Assembly (NCBI GenBank): GCA_039586575.1
Contig: JBDHKD010000037.1
Coordinates: 1,576-65,575 of the forward strand
Length of the DNA stretch: 64,000 nt
DNA from: Gemmatimonadota bacterium
GTDB lineage: Bacteria > Gemmatimonadota > Gemmatimonadetes > Palauibacterales > KS3-K002
Direction of reading: 5' to 3'
The position numbers and the translations under genes are program-made. The notes under the pieces are model-generated. The model made no database searches. It was not told the DNA's origin and worked only from the letters and a program-made list of their open reading frames with translations. Positions 8,381 through 18,977 of this stretch are shown here, piece after piece (position 1 is the first letter of the stretch; each line of letters begins with the position of its first letter).

Positions 8381-10995
8381 TGTCGAACGTCCCCAACACA
8401 CCTCTGATGAGGCAGTACCTCGAGATGAAGGGTCGCTACCCCGATGCGATCCTCTTCTTCCAGGTCGGCGACTTCTACGAGATGTTCTTCGATGACGCTG
8501 AAGAGGCATCTCGACTGCTGAACCTGACCCTGACTTCTCGGAACAACGGTGAGGCGGCGCAGGTCCCGCTGGCCGGCGTGCCGATCAAGGCCGCTCAAGA
8601 GTACGTGCAGCGGCTGATTAGACTCGGGCGTCGTGTCGCCATCTGCCAGCAGGTCGAGGACGCGTCACAGGCCAGGGGCGTAGTTCGCCGCGAGGTCGTC
8701 GAGACCGTGACGCCCGGCGCCGTTCTCTCGGACGCTTTGCTGCAAGCTAGCGAGAACAACTTCCTCGCCGCGGTTGCCGCTCCCCCCGACTCCGACTCGG
8801 TCGGGCTCGCCTGGGCCGACGTTTCGACCGGTGAGTTCTTCTGCGCCTCGCTGCCGCGCCGCGAGCTGGCTTCTGACCTGCAGCGGATCGATGCACGCGA
8901 GATTCTGCTGCCTCGCTCGTGGGAACCGGCGCCCGCCGCTGAAGTGGCTCAACCTGAGGACCGACCGTGCACCTTCCGCGACGACTGGTACTTCGATGTC
9001 GAGATCGCCGGCGAGAAGATCTGCCGGCACTTCCGGATCAAGAGCCTCGCCAGCCTCGGGCTGGCGGAACCGGGTGATGAGACTGCCGTGGGCGCGGCCG
9101 GCGCTCTGCTCGCCTACCTGCTCGAGGTCCAGCCCGGCGGCGGCAACCAGCTCAGGCCGCCACGTGTCGAGCGAGGCGATTCCGCCCTTCACATGGATGA
9201 GATGACGCGGCGCAACCTCGAGGTGGTGCGCCCGCTGCGCCCCGACCTTGGCGGCACGACGCTGCTGGGCGTGATCGATGTCACCCTGACACCGATGGGG
9301 GCGCGGCTACTGCGCAGCTGGTTGTTACGTCCACTGGCGAGCCCTGACCCGATTCGCCATCGGCTCGAGGCGGTCGAGGAGCTGCATAGCGATGGGCCGC
9401 GTCGCAAGCGCGTGCGTGAGGCACTACGCGGCGTGCGCGATCTGGCTCGCTTGGCGGGCCGGGTAGGAGCCGGGCGCGCCACGCCGCGCGATTTGCTGGG
9501 CCTGGCAGGCTCGCTGCGTCAGGTCCCTAGGGTGGGCGAGGGCCTGGGCGAACCTCAGAGCCGGGCGCTGGTCGAACTGCTGGACGGCCTCGATGGGGCC
9601 GAGGATGTGGTGGAGCTCATCGAGCGCGCCATCGACCCCGAGGCGCCGGCGACGCTCGCCGAGGGTGGCGTCGTGCGCGAAGGGTACTCGAGTGAGCTGG
9701 ACGAGCTACGCTCGCTGCGCGACGGCGCGGTAAACTGGATCGCCGAGCTTCAGGGTCGCGAGCGCGAGCGAACCGGGATAGGCTCGCTCAAGGTGGGGTA
9801 CAACCGCGTGTTCGGCTATTACATCGAGGTCAGCAAGCCGAATCTCGGCAAGGCACCCGACGATTACGAGCGGCGGCAGACGCTCACCAACGCCGAGCGC
9901 TTCATCACGCCGGAGCTCAAGGAGTGGGAGTCCAAGGTGCTCAGCGCCGAGGAGCGGATCGGCGAACTGGAGGCGCGGCTGTTCCGCGAGCTGCGCGAAG
10001 AAGTCGGCGCTGAGGTGGAACGACTGCTGGAGAGCGCGCGGCGCATCGCGCTCGTCGATGTCTACGCGTCGCTGGCTCATCTGGCCGAGCGAAACGGCTA
10101 CGTCCGCCCGAGCCTGGATGATGAAGACAGGATAGAGATCCACGGTGGTCGGCACCCGGTCGTCGAGTGCATGATGCCCAGGGAACAGTTCGTACCCAAC
10201 GACATCCGGCTCGACGGTGCGGAACGGGTGATCATCCTCACCGGCCCGAACATGGCGGGTAAGTCGACCATCCTTCGGCAGGTGGGTCTGATCACGCTGC
10301 TGGCGCAGATGGGGTCTTTCGTGCCGGCGGACTCTGCCGCGATCGGGATCACCGACCGCATCTTCACGCGGGTCGGCGCTTCGGACAACTTGGCGCAGGG
10401 GCACAGCACCTTCATGGTCGAGATGATCGAGACCGCAGCGATCCTCCACGGGGCGACGGATCGCAGCCTCGTGCTGTTGGACGAGATCGGGCGCGGCACT
10501 TCGACCTACGACGGCGTCTCGATCGCCTGGTCGGTCACCGAGCACATCCACGAGCGTATCGGCGCCAAGACCATCTTCGCCACCCACTACCACGAGTTGA
10601 CCCAGCTTGCCGACCTGCTACCGGCGGCCGCCGCTTACAACGTCGCGGTCAAAGAGGTGGGTGACGATATCGTCTTCCTCCGTCGCTTGGAACGCGGTGG
10701 TGCCGACCGCTCCTACGGCGTTCAGGTGGCACGCCTGGCCGGCCTGCCCGTCGAGGTTATCGAGCGCGCGCGACAGATCCTGCGTGACCTCGAAGGGCTC
10801 GAGGTGGGCGGCGGCCGGCGCGTCGGCCGCCGCGGGCGGCTGCCGAGTTCGGTGGACCGCTCGCAGCTCTCGCTGTTCCAGGCGCCCGAGGACCCGGTGC
10901 TCGAGCGGCTGCGCGCCGCCAGGCCGGACGAGATGACACCGCTCGAGGCGCTGGCCCTGCTGGCTGAGCTCAAGCGCCAGGTGGACGAAGCGTGA
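8380..10995 (+). CDS. mutS: DNA mismatch repair protein MutS
   Basis: TPLMRQY, GDFYEMF, TGPNMAGKST, DEIGRGTST, ATHYHEL. Confidence 0.97.
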   Translation: MSNVPNTPLMRQYLEMKGRYPDAILFFQVGDFYEMFFDDAEEASRLLNLTLTSRNNGEAAQVPLAGVPIKAAQEYVQRLIRLGRRVAICQQVEDASQARGVVRREVVETVTPGAVLSDALLQASENNFLAAVAAPPDSDSVGLAWADVSTGEFFCASLPRRELASDLQRIDAREILLPRSWEPAPAAEVAQPEDRPCTFRDDWYFDVEIAGEKICRHFRIKSLASLGLAEPGDETAVGAAGALLAYLLEVQPGGGNQLRPPRVERGDSALHMDEMTRRNLEVVRPLRPDLGGTTLLGVIDVTLTPMGARLLRSWLLRPLASPDPIRHRLEAVEELHSDGPRRKRVREALRGVRDLARLAGRVGAGRATPRDLLGLAGSLRQVPRVGEGLGEPQSRALVELLDGLDGAEDVVELIERAIDPEAPATLAEGGVVREGYSSELDELRSLRDGAVNWIAELQGRERERTGIGSLKVGYNRVFGYYIEVSKPNLGKAPDDYERRQTLTNAERFITPELKEWESKVLSAEERIGELEARLFRELREEVGAEVERLLESARRIALVDVYASLAHLAERNGYVRPSLDDEDRIEIHGGRHPVVECMMPREQFVPNDIRLDGAERVIILTGPNMAGKSTILRQVGLITLLAQMGSFVPADSAAIGITDRIFTRVGASDNLAQGHSTFMVEMIETAAILHGATDRSLVLLDEIGRGTSTYDGVSIAWSVTEHIHERIGAKTIFATHYHELTQLADLLPAAAAYNVAVKEVGDDIVFLRRLERGGADRSYGVQVARLAGLPVEVIERARQILRDLEGLEVGGGRRVGRRGRLPSSVDRSQLSLFQAPEDPVLERLRAARPDEMTPLEALALLAELKRQVDEA

Positions 10996-11399
10996 AACGG
11001 CTGGTCATCCTGGGGCTGGTCGTGGCGACGATCGCCGTGGGATACGCGGCCAGCGAGCGCCTGAGCTTCGGCGGGCTGCTCGGCCGTTTCCGTTCCGGGC
11101 AGCGGCTGCCGGCACTACGCAGCGCCGAGCTGCCGTTCAGATACCCGTTGCGGCTGTGGCGCGAGGGTGTCGAAGGCGAGGTGCTGCTCAGAATCCATAT
11201 CACGGCCGCGGGCACGGTCGATTCGGTGGAGCTCGAGAGTTCCAGCGGCCATGCCGAGCTCGACACCATCGCCCTGCGCGGAGCGAGACAGCTTACCTAC
11301 CATCCGGCGACCAGAGATCACCAACCCGTGCCGGCGTGGGCCAGGTTACCGGTGCGGTTCACCCGTGGGACCGTGAGCGATTACTCGGAGGAAGAGTAG
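10992..11399 (+). CDS. Small TonB C-terminal domain protein
   Basis: N-terminal TM; YP...GVEGEVLLRIHI..GTV...SSG...LD TonB_C pattern. Confidence 0.75.
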   Translation: MKRLVILGLVVATIAVGYAASERLSFGGLLGRFRSGQRLPALRSAELPFRYPLRLWREGVEGEVLLRIHITAAGTVDSVELESSSGHAELDTIALRGARQLTYHPATRDHQPVPAWARLPVRFTRGTVSDYSEEE

Positions 11400-11402
11400 A
11401 CG

Positions 11403-12806
11403 ATGTTGGATAGCGAACCGAAGGCCCACCTGCGCCCCTACTCCAGCGTGCTCGACGCGATCGGCTGGACACCGATGATCCGGCTGCACCGGGTGACAGG
11501 CGCGGCCGCCACACCGGTCTACGGCAAGGCGGAGTTCATGAACCCCGGCGGTTCGGTCAAGGACCGGATCGGGATTGCGATGATCGAGGCCGCCGAGGCC
11601 GCGGGCACCCTCAAGCCGGGTGGCGTCGTCGTCGAGGGCACGGCTGGGAATACCGGCGTGGGGCTGGCGGTCGCCGCTTGCGTCAAGGGCTACCGCTGCA
11701 TCTTCACGATGCCGGACAAGTTCAGCCAGGAGAAGATCCGCTTGATGCGAGCCTTCGGCGCCGAGGTCATCACGACGCCCTCCGCAGTGGCGCCCGACCA
11801 TCCTGACAACTACCTGAACGTGGCGCGGCGGATCGTCGATCAGACGCCCGGTGCCGTAATGGCGGACCAATTCTATAACGATGCGAACCCGGAGGCCCAC
11901 TATCGGACGACCGGCCCGGAGATCTGGGAGCAGACCAGCGGCCGGATCACTCACTTCGTCGGGGCGGCGGGAACCGGCGGAACGGTCACTGGCGTAGCCC
12001 GCTACCTGAAGGAGCAGAACCGTGAGGTGAAGGTCATCACGGCGGATCCCAGGGGTTCGATCTACGCGCATTATCACGTCACCCGTGAGGTCGGTCCCCA
12101 CGCACCGTACAAGGTGGAAGGTGCGGGCAACGACAAGATCCCCGGCACGCTCGACTTCGATCTGGTCGACGAATTCCGCATCGTCGATGATCGCGATTCC
12201 TACGCGATGGCGCGCCGCCTCACCCGGGAAGAGGGCCTGTTCGTCGGCAGCACTAGCGGGCTGATCATTCACGTCGCCGTCCAGCTGGCGCGGGAACTCG
12301 ACGACGCGAACGCCTTGGTCGTCGGCTTGCTTTGTGATACCGGTGAACGCTACCTGTCGAAGCTCTACAATGATGAGTGGATGCGCGAGAACCAGCTGCT
12401 CGTCGGTGAGAGCCCGAACCTCGACGCGGTATTGCAGCGCAAGCCGCACCTCATACCGTCCTTGGTGGCGGTGGAGCCCACCACACCGGTCCGCCTGGCA
12501 CTCGAGTTGATCGAGAGTCACAATATTTCGCAGCTACCGGTGATGGCGAAGAACGACTGCGTTGGCTCCGTCTCGGAATCCTCGCTGATGGCGCGGCTCG
12601 TGAAGGACCCGAGTCTGGTCGACGCGCCTGTCGAGCAGATCATGGAGAGCTCGTTCCCGGTGGTCGACGTGGATGCCGACTTCGAGACCGTAACGCGTAA
12701 GTTGGTCAGTGGTCAGCCGGCGGTCATCGTCAGGCGCGCCGGCGAACCGGTCGGCATCATCACGCGCTTCGACGTCGTGCATCACCTGATCGGGCTGGTA
12801 CCGTGA
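11403..12806 (+). CDS. cbs: Cystathionine beta-synthase (PLP domain + CBS pair)
   Basis: NPGGSVKDR, GTGGT, DTGERYLSK and C-terminal CBS domains. Confidence 0.9.
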   Translation: MLDSEPKAHLRPYSSVLDAIGWTPMIRLHRVTGAAATPVYGKAEFMNPGGSVKDRIGIAMIEAAEAAGTLKPGGVVVEGTAGNTGVGLAVAACVKGYRCIFTMPDKFSQEKIRLMRAFGAEVITTPSAVAPDHPDNYLNVARRIVDQTPGAVMADQFYNDANPEAHYRTTGPEIWEQTSGRITHFVGAAGTGGTVTGVARYLKEQNREVKVITADPRGSIYAHYHVTREVGPHAPYKVEGAGNDKIPGTLDFDLVDEFRIVDDRDSYAMARRLTREEGLFVGSTSGLIIHVAVQLARELDDANALVVGLLCDTGERYLSKLYNDEWMRENQLLVGESPNLDAVLQRKPHLIPSLVAVEPTTPVRLALELIESHNISQLPVMAKNDCVGSVSESSLMARLVKDPSLVDAPVEQIMESSFPVVDVDADFETVTRKLVSGQPAVIVRRAGEPVGIITRFDVVHHLIGLVP

Positions 12807-13858
12807 AGCCGGGCGTCTTGAAGGTCGCCGTCTTGATGGGTGGCACGAGTGCCGAACGCAACGTGTCGCTGGCGACCGGCCGCGAGATCGCGCGAGCGCT
12901 CAGCGCCAACGGGCACCAGGTGGTGGCGATCGACGCGGCCGGCGGCCGCCTGCTGTCTCTCGCGGACCCCGGAGAGGCCGCCGCTCCCCCCATCGGGCCG
13001 GCGCCACCCGAGCACGGCGAGCTCGGTCAGCTGGATAGCGGCTCGCTGGCCTGCCGGCTGGACGAGATACCCGAGGTGAAGGACAGCGAGGTGGTCTTTG
13101 TCGCGCTGCACGGCGGCGCCGGCGAAGACGGCCGCGTGCAGGCTGTGCTCGACCTGGTCGGCCTCCCCTACACGGGAAGCGGTCCGCTGGGCAGCGCGCT
13201 GGCCATGGACAAGCTGGTGTCCAAAGAGCTATTCCGCAGCGCTGGTATACGGACGCCGCCGTGGCTGGTGGGGCCGGTCACGTCGTCGGAGATCGAGGCC
13301 GCGCTGGGCGGCTACCCCGTGGTCGTGAAGCCGTCACACGAAGGTTCGACGGTGGGCGTGTCGGTGGTAAAGGCAGCCGGCGCTCTGGCAGAAGCGGTCG
13401 CGGGCGCGGCGCGCTTCGGGTCACCGGTGCTGGTGGAAAAGTACATCCACGGCCGCGAGTTAGCGGTCGGTGTGCTGGGCGAGACGGCGCTGCCCATCGT
13501 GGAGATCCGTCCCAGCCACGAAATTTACGACTACGAGTGCAAGTACACCAAAGGGATGTCCGAGTACGAGGTGCCGGCCCCACTGCCCGACACCGTGACT
13601 CGGGAAGTGCAGGATCTGGCCCTGCGGGCGCACAGGGTCCTCCGCCTCTCGGCATACAGCCGTATCGACTTCCGGCTGGATGACGACGATCGGCCCTGGT
13701 GCCTGGAGGGCAATTCGCTACCGGGGATGACCGCCACCAGCCTGCTGCCGAAAGCGGCGCGAGCGATCGGCATCGAGTTCGAGGAGCTCTGCGACCGGAT
13801 CGCCAGGCTCGCCTTGGAAACGAAGCGGACCGGAACCCGGCGCGGCGCTGTGGGTTAG
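12803..13858 (+). CDS. ddl: D-alanine--D-alanine ligase
   Basis: GGTSAERNVSL, LHGGAGEDG, YDYECKY, PGMTATSLLP. Confidence 0.95.
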   Translation: MKPGVLKVAVLMGGTSAERNVSLATGREIARALSANGHQVVAIDAAGGRLLSLADPGEAAAPPIGPAPPEHGELGQLDSGSLACRLDEIPEVKDSEVVFVALHGGAGEDGRVQAVLDLVGLPYTGSGPLGSALAMDKLVSKELFRSAGIRTPPWLVGPVTSSEIEAALGGYPVVVKPSHEGSTVGVSVVKAAGALAEAVAGAARFGSPVLVEKYIHGRELAVGVLGETALPIVEIRPSHEIYDYECKYTKGMSEYEVPAPLPDTVTREVQDLALRAHRVLRLSAYSRIDFRLDDDDRPWCLEGNSLPGMTATSLLPKAARAIGIEFEELCDRIARLALETKRTGTRRGAVG

Positions 13859-13895
13859 GGTTAGGAAAGAGGGTCGTCAGACCAGGACGGAACAG

Positions 13896-14750
13896 GTGAG
13901 CAGACATGTGACCGCCGGAGGCCTCAGGCCGTTCGGCTACCGGATGACACCGTGGGTCAAGCGGTTGATCATCGCCAACGCGGTGATCTTCGTCTTGATG
14001 TGGGCCCTCATCCGGTCGGGAACGGTGCCGTTCGAGGCCTTTGCCACCTACCTGGGCTTCGACGATTCACGCGTACTTACCCGCCCGTGGACGATCCTTA
14101 CCTACATGTTCGTCCACGGAGGCTTCTTCCACGTCCTGATCAACATGTTGATGCTCTTCTTCTTCGGTCCGCCGTTGGAGGAGAGGTGGGGTGGCAAGGA
14201 GTTCATCAAGTACTACGCGATCTGTGGCGTCGGTGGTGCGCTGTTCAACCTGATTTTCAGCGAGGGGGTCATCATCGGCGCATCGGGTGCCGTTTACGGC
14301 GTAATGCTGGCCTACGCGCTGAACTGGCCCGACAGTCTGATCTGGATCTACGCCATCTTTCCCATCAAGGCCAAGTACCTCGTTCTTTTCCTCGGTGCCC
14401 TGGCCTTCTTCTCGGCCTTTTCAGGCTCCTCGGACGGGATCGCCCACTTCGCCCACCTCGGCGGCTTGGTAGTCGGGTACGTCTACTTGAAGAAAGGGTG
14501 GCAGCTTCAGGCGCACTGGCAGGGCTTCAGGCAACGCCTGCGTCGGCGCCGTTTGAAAGTGGTCCCCGGCGACGCCAAGTCGCCCGCTCGCCCCCAGTCG
14601 GCCGACGAAGAAGCCCGCATTCTCGAGGTCGTCGACCAGCTGCTGGACAAGATCGCCGCCCAGGGTCTCGATTCGCTGACCCCGGAGGAGAGGCGCTTTC
14701 TGGACGAGGTATCGCGCCGGCGGCAGGAAAAGCACGAGGTCCGACACTAG
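13896..14750 (+). CDS. Rhomboid family intramembrane serine protease
   Basis: HVLINM, GASGAVYG, AHLGG motifs; C-terminal VDQLLDKI..QGLDSLT tail. Confidence 0.92.
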   Translation: MSRHVTAGGLRPFGYRMTPWVKRLIIANAVIFVLMWALIRSGTVPFEAFATYLGFDDSRVLTRPWTILTYMFVHGGFFHVLINMLMLFFFGPPLEERWGGKEFIKYYAICGVGGALFNLIFSEGVIIGASGAVYGVMLAYALNWPDSLIWIYAIFPIKAKYLVLFLGALAFFSAFSGSSDGIAHFAHLGGLVVGYVYLKKGWQLQAHWQGFRQRLRRRRLKVVPGDAKSPARPQSADEEARILEVVDQLLDKIAAQGLDSLTPEERRFLDEVSRRRQEKHEVRH

Positions 14751-14768
14751 GATCCCCCCAGTCCTGCC

Positions 14769-14797
14769 TTGACTCTCCGAGCCGCCGAAAATACGAT
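14769..14797 (+). promoter_or_regulatory. Putative sigma-70 promoter of the EF-G paralogue
   Basis: TTGACT-N17-TACGAT. Confidence 0.6.
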
Positions 14798-14838
14798 TCC
14801 GGCCCGATCCACAATCCAGCTCACCAGGGAGGCGGCAC

Positions 14839-16935
14839 TTGTCAGCCAGGATCTTTACCACCGATGCGATCCGTAACGTGGTATTCGTCGGCCACGGCGG
14901 GACCGGCAAAACCACGCTGGTCGACGCGATTTGCTTCTCGGCGGGCGCCACGAACCGCAAAGGGTCAGTCGCGGACGGGACGGCGATCACCGACTTCACG
15001 GCCGAAGAGAAGGACCACGTCATCTCGGTCAATACGGCGGTCGCCCACGCCATTTGGAACGACACCAAGATCAACTTGATCGACACGCCGGGCTATCTTG
15101 ACTTCGCCGGCGATGCGAAGGCAGGAGTGCGGGTCGCCGATGGTGCCGTCATTCTGATCGATGCCTCGGCCGGTGTGCTGGTCGGGACCGAGAACAGCTG
15201 GGATTACTGTGAGGAGCGTGGGATCCCCAGGATCCTCGTCGTCTCGATGTTGGACAAGGAGAACGCCGATTTCGACTCGGTGATGGGTGAGATCCACGAG
15301 GAGTTCTCCAAAGACGCCGTGCCGCTCGAGGTCCCCATCGGCTCCGGCGAGAACTTCAAGGGCGTCGTCGATCTGCTCTCCGGACGTGCCCGTATCTTCG
15401 ACCCCAAGTCAGAGAAGGGCGAGTACAAGGAGCAGGGTATCCCTGCCGACCTCAAGGATCGGGTCGATGCGGCATACCAGGAACTGGTGGAAGCGATCGC
15501 TGCCACCGACGACGCGCTGATGGAGGAGTACTTCGAGAAGGAGACGATCGAGCCGGCTCGGGCAGCGGAAGCGCTGAAGGCGGCGATGAAGGCTGGCCTG
15601 ATCTACCCGGTGGTCTGTGCGGCGCCCGAGAGGGGCCATGGTGCCCGCAGCTTGATGGAGCGCATCGTCGAGATCATGCCCAACCCGGCGGAGGCGGTGC
15701 TGGAGAAGGCGAAAGAGGGCGAGGAAGAGATCGAGCTCGCGGCGGCGGACGACGCTCCGCTCGCCGCCCTCGTGTTCAAGACCACGTCGGAGCCGCACGT
15801 CGGCGAGCTGTCCTACTTCAGGATCTTCTCCGGTGCGATCGAGGCGGGCGTCTCGGCGAAGAATACGTCACGGGACGGCAGTGAGAAGCTCGGCCATCCC
15901 GCGGTGCCGCAGGGTAAAGAGCGGGCCGAGGTCGCTCGGCTCCACGCCGGTGACATCGGTGTTGTGGCGAAGCTCCGCGATACGCACACCGGGGATACGC
16001 TCGGCGCCGAGAACCGCTCGTTCGTCCTCCCCGGCATCAGGTTCCCGGCCGCCGACATCGCCATCGCCGTGAAGTCGGCGAAGCGAGGAGACGAGGATAA
16101 GATCTCGACCGGCCTGCACAAGATTCACGAGGAGGACCCGACGTTCTCCGCGGCCTACGACCCCGAGTTGGGTCAGACGATCGCGCATGGGCTGGGAGAG
16201 ATGCACCTCGAGATGGCGGTCGAGCGACTGAAGCGGCGGTTCGGCGTCGAGGTGGAGACGGAGCCACCGCGCATCCCGTATCGTGAGACGTTCACCAAGA
16301 CCGCCGAGGGACACGGCCGCTACAAGAAGCAGACGGGCGGCCGCGGGCAGTACGGCGACTGTTGGGTTCGGCTCAGCCCGCTACCACCGGGATCGGGATA
16401 CGAGTTCGTCAACGCCATCGTGGGCGGCGTGATTCCCGGGAAGTTCGTCCCATCGGTCGACAAGGGTGTGCAGGAAGCTTCTCAGAGGGGCGTGGTCGCC
16501 GGCTACCGCGTTGTCGACTTCAAGGCCGAAGTCTACGACGGCTCGCACCATTCGGTCGACTCTTCCGATATCGCTTTCAAAGTCGCCGGCTCGCTGGCCT
16601 TCAAGAACGTGGCGCCCAGCGCCGGTCCAATCCTTCTGGAGCCGATCTACGATGTCGAGGTGACGGTGCCCGAGGAGTATATGGGCGACGTCATGGGTGA
16701 TCTCAACCAGCGACGCGGCAAGATCCTCGGGATGGAGTCCAAGGGTAAGAAGCAGGTCGTCAAGGCGCAGGTTCCGCTGAACGAGATGTACCGCTACTCG
16801 TCCACCCTGCGCTCGATAACCCAGGGCCGTGGAAGCTACAAGATGAGTTTCTCCGCCTACGAGCAAGCGCCGCCGAACATCACCGAGAAGGTGAAGGCCG
16901 AGGGCGCGGCCCGGGAAGAGGAGGAGAAGAAGTAG
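14839..16935 (+). CDS. fusA: Elongation factor G paralogue (EF-G2-like)
   Basis: Five-domain EF-G with GHGGTGKTT, DTPG, KKQTGGRGQYG, GSHHSVDSS; divergent G1/switch I and located outside the str operon; TTG start. Confidence 0.88.
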   Translation: MSARIFTTDAIRNVVFVGHGGTGKTTLVDAICFSAGATNRKGSVADGTAITDFTAEEKDHVISVNTAVAHAIWNDTKINLIDTPGYLDFAGDAKAGVRVADGAVILIDASAGVLVGTENSWDYCEERGIPRILVVSMLDKENADFDSVMGEIHEEFSKDAVPLEVPIGSGENFKGVVDLLSGRARIFDPKSEKGEYKEQGIPADLKDRVDAAYQELVEAIAATDDALMEEYFEKETIEPARAAEALKAAMKAGLIYPVVCAAPERGHGARSLMERIVEIMPNPAEAVLEKAKEGEEEIELAAADDAPLAALVFKTTSEPHVGELSYFRIFSGAIEAGVSAKNTSRDGSEKLGHPAVPQGKERAEVARLHAGDIGVVAKLRDTHTGDTLGAENRSFVLPGIRFPAADIAIAVKSAKRGDEDKISTGLHKIHEEDPTFSAAYDPELGQTIAHGLGEMHLEMAVERLKRRFGVEVETEPPRIPYRETFTKTAEGHGRYKKQTGGRGQYGDCWVRLSPLPPGSGYEFVNAIVGGVIPGKFVPSVDKGVQEASQRGVVAGYRVVDFKAEVYDGSHHSVDSSDIAFKVAGSLAFKNVAPSAGPILLEPIYDVEVTVPEEYMGDVMGDLNQRRGKILGMESKGKKQVVKAQVPLNEMYRYSSTLRSITQGRGSYKMSFSAYEQAPPNITEKVKAEGAAREEEEKK

Positions 16936-17020
16936 GTCAGTCGGTCAGTCAATCGGTAGCTCGGTGGGTCGGTAACCTCAGGATTGAGATTTGCCGACCC
17001 ACTGACCTACCGACCCACTG
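16932..17020. repeat. Octamer-built imperfect palindrome (GTRGGTCR units), copy 1
   Basis: GTAGGTCA GTCGGTCA GTCAATCG GTAGCTCG GTGGGTCG ... CGACCCAC TGACCTAC CGACCCAC. Confidence 0.75.
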
Positions 17021-17022
17021 GT

Positions 17023-17051
17023 TTGAAACCGCCCAGCCACCCGTCTATATT
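17023..17051 (+). promoter_or_regulatory. Putative sigma-70 promoter of the yebC-ruv operon
   Basis: TTGAAA-N17-TATATT. Confidence 0.6.
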
Positions 17052-17090
17052 CCCGGAAGTTGAGATCAAGCGACAAGGAGGACAGCAGGG

Positions 17091-17849
17091 ATGGCCGGCC
17101 ACAGCAAGTGGTCGCAGATCAAGCGTAAGAAAGCGGCCGAAGACAGCAAGCGCGGCAAGCTCTTCGGCAAGTTGATCCGCGAGCTCACCGTGGCCGCCCG
17201 CGAAGGCGGCGGCGACCCCAACGGCAATCCGTGGCTGCGTATGGCGATCGAGAACGCCAAGGCGGCCAACATGCCGAAGGACAATATCGAGAAGGCGATC
17301 CTGCGGGGGACCGGGGAGCTGCCCGGCGTCTCCTTCGAGGAGGTCAACTACGAGGCGTACGGTCCCGGCGGAGTGGCCATCCTTGTGCAGGCGCTGACCG
17401 ACAACACGAACCGGACGGTGGCGGCGGTGCGTCATCTTCTGGAGCGGCAGGGCGGCCGCCTGGGCAGTACCGGTTCGGTGGCATGGAACTTCGAGCGGGT
17501 GGGTCAGCTGCTGATCGACGCGGGGCGCTACAATGAAGAGGTGGCGCTCGAGGCGGTGCTCGAGGCCGGTGCCGACGACCTGGAGCGCGAGGGCGACACC
17601 TACGTGGTGAAGACCGATCCCGCCGACTTCCACGCCGTACAGGAATCGCTGCGCGGCAGCGGTATCGAGATCATGGAGGCGCACCTGGTCATGAACCCGA
17701 AGACCACGGTTCGGGTGGAGGGCCGCGACGCGGAGAAACTGATCGCCCTGCTCGAGGCGCTCGAGGACCAAGACGACGTCCAGAACGTTTACTCCAACCT
17801 CGACATCGACGAGGCCCTGCTCGCGGAGCTGGCCGGGGCTGGTCAGTAG
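17091..17849 (+). CDS. yebC: YebC/PmpR family protein
   Basis: MAGHSKWSQIKRKK, YEAYGPGG, TDNTNRT, DDVQNVYSN. Confidence 0.95.
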   Translation: MAGHSKWSQIKRKKAAEDSKRGKLFGKLIRELTVAAREGGGDPNGNPWLRMAIENAKAANMPKDNIEKAILRGTGELPGVSFEEVNYEAYGPGGVAILVQALTDNTNRTVAAVRHLLERQGGRLGSTGSVAWNFERVGQLLIDAGRYNEEVALEAVLEAGADDLEREGDTYVVKTDPADFHAVQESLRGSGIEIMEAHLVMNPKTTVRVEGRDAEKLIALLEALEDQDDVQNVYSNLDIDEALLAELAGAGQ

Positions 17850-17863
17850 CTGGCGGCCGGGCA

Positions 17864-18391
17864 ATGATCGTTCTCGGCGTTGATCCCGGCACTCGAATCA
17901 CCGGGTACGGCGTCGTTGCGCGTGCCGAAGATCAGCAGTTGCGGCTGGTCGAGTGCGGCGCGATCCATTCGACGCCGCGCAGTTCGCTGGCGGGGCGTCT
18001 GCTCGAGATATTCGACGGCGTGGCGGAAGTCATACAGCGCACGCGCCCCGACGTCCTCTGCGTCGAGGGCGTTTTCTATGGACGGAACGTGCGAACTACG
18101 GTGATCCTTGGGCACGCTCGCGGCGCCGTGTTGTTGGCGGCCGCCGTGCGTGGTATCCCTGTCGTCGAGTATCCGCCCGCCGAAGTGAAGAACAGCGTTG
18201 TCGGGACGGGTAAAGCGGGGAAAGACCAAGTGGCATTTATGGTTCAGCGGCACCTGTCGTTGGCCGAGCCGCCGACACCGGCGGACGCGGCCGACGGTAT
18301 CGCGCTGGCACTCTGTCACCAGTTCCGGCAGCGGCTTGCAGGGGAGCCGCTGAAGGCTCGCGGAGGCGTGGGAAGGAAGAACGTTGATTAG
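17864..18391 (+). CDS. ruvC: Holliday junction resolvase RuvC
   Basis: LGVDPG..TGYG, LGHARG, DAADGIALA. Confidence 0.95.
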   Translation: MIVLGVDPGTRITGYGVVARAEDQQLRLVECGAIHSTPRSSLAGRLLEIFDGVAEVIQRTRPDVLCVEGVFYGRNVRTTVILGHARGAVLLAAAVRGIPVVEYPPAEVKNSVVGTGKAGKDQVAFMVQRHLSLAEPPTPADAADGIALALCHQFRQRLAGEPLKARGGVGRKNVD

Positions 18392-18977
18392 CCGGGTGCG
18401 GGGCGTTCTGCTCCGCAAGGAGCTCGATCGCGTAGAGATCGCGACGCCGGGCGGTGTGACTTACGAGCTGCTGATCCCGACGTCGCTGTTCGAGGCGCTG
18501 CCGCGGGTCGGCCGTGAGCTGGAGCTGCACGCCGCTCTCGTGGGCCGGGAGGACGGGATCGATCTCTTCGGGTTCCCCGGCGAGCTGGAGCGGCAACTGT
18601 TCTCGCGGCTGACCACGGCGTCGGGAGTCGGGCCACGCCTGGCGCTCACTATGCTGAGCGCGCTGAATGCGCCACAGCTGGTCGAGGCGATCCGCGGAAG
18701 AGATCTGGGCCGACTGCAGACGGTGAACGGAGTCGGCAGGAAGAAGGCGGAGCGGATCGCGCTGGAGCTCGGCGACAAGCTGGATGACATCATGCCGGCC
18801 GTGGCGCAAGTCGAGCCCGAGGCGGCGGTGGTCGAGCCAGCGGTGTCGGCTCTGATGGCGCTCGGATACTCGCGGGCCGAGGCCGACGGTGCGGTGCGTG
18901 GCGTGCTGAAGAGTCGTGACGGCGGGGAGCACGACGTGGAGAGCCTGGTCAGGGAGGCGCTGGCGGGACTGTCATGA
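18384..18977 (+). CDS. ruvA: Holliday junction branch migration protein RuvA
   Basis: [28 protein letters not shown]; TTG start. Confidence 0.95.
   Translation: MISRVRGVLLRKELDRVEIATPGGVTYELLIPTSLFEALPRVGRELELHAALVGREDGIDLFGFPGELERQLFSRLTTASGVGPRLALTMLSALNAPQLVEAIRGRDLGRLQTVNGVGRKKAERIALELGDKLDDIMPAVAQVEPEAAVVEPAVSALMALGYSRAEADGAVRGVLKSRDGGEHDVESLVREALAGLS

Noticed and set aside
13852-13865. Telomere-like GGGTTAGGGTTAGG after ddl
   Set aside because: Only two units, and one overlaps the stop codon; compatible with chance
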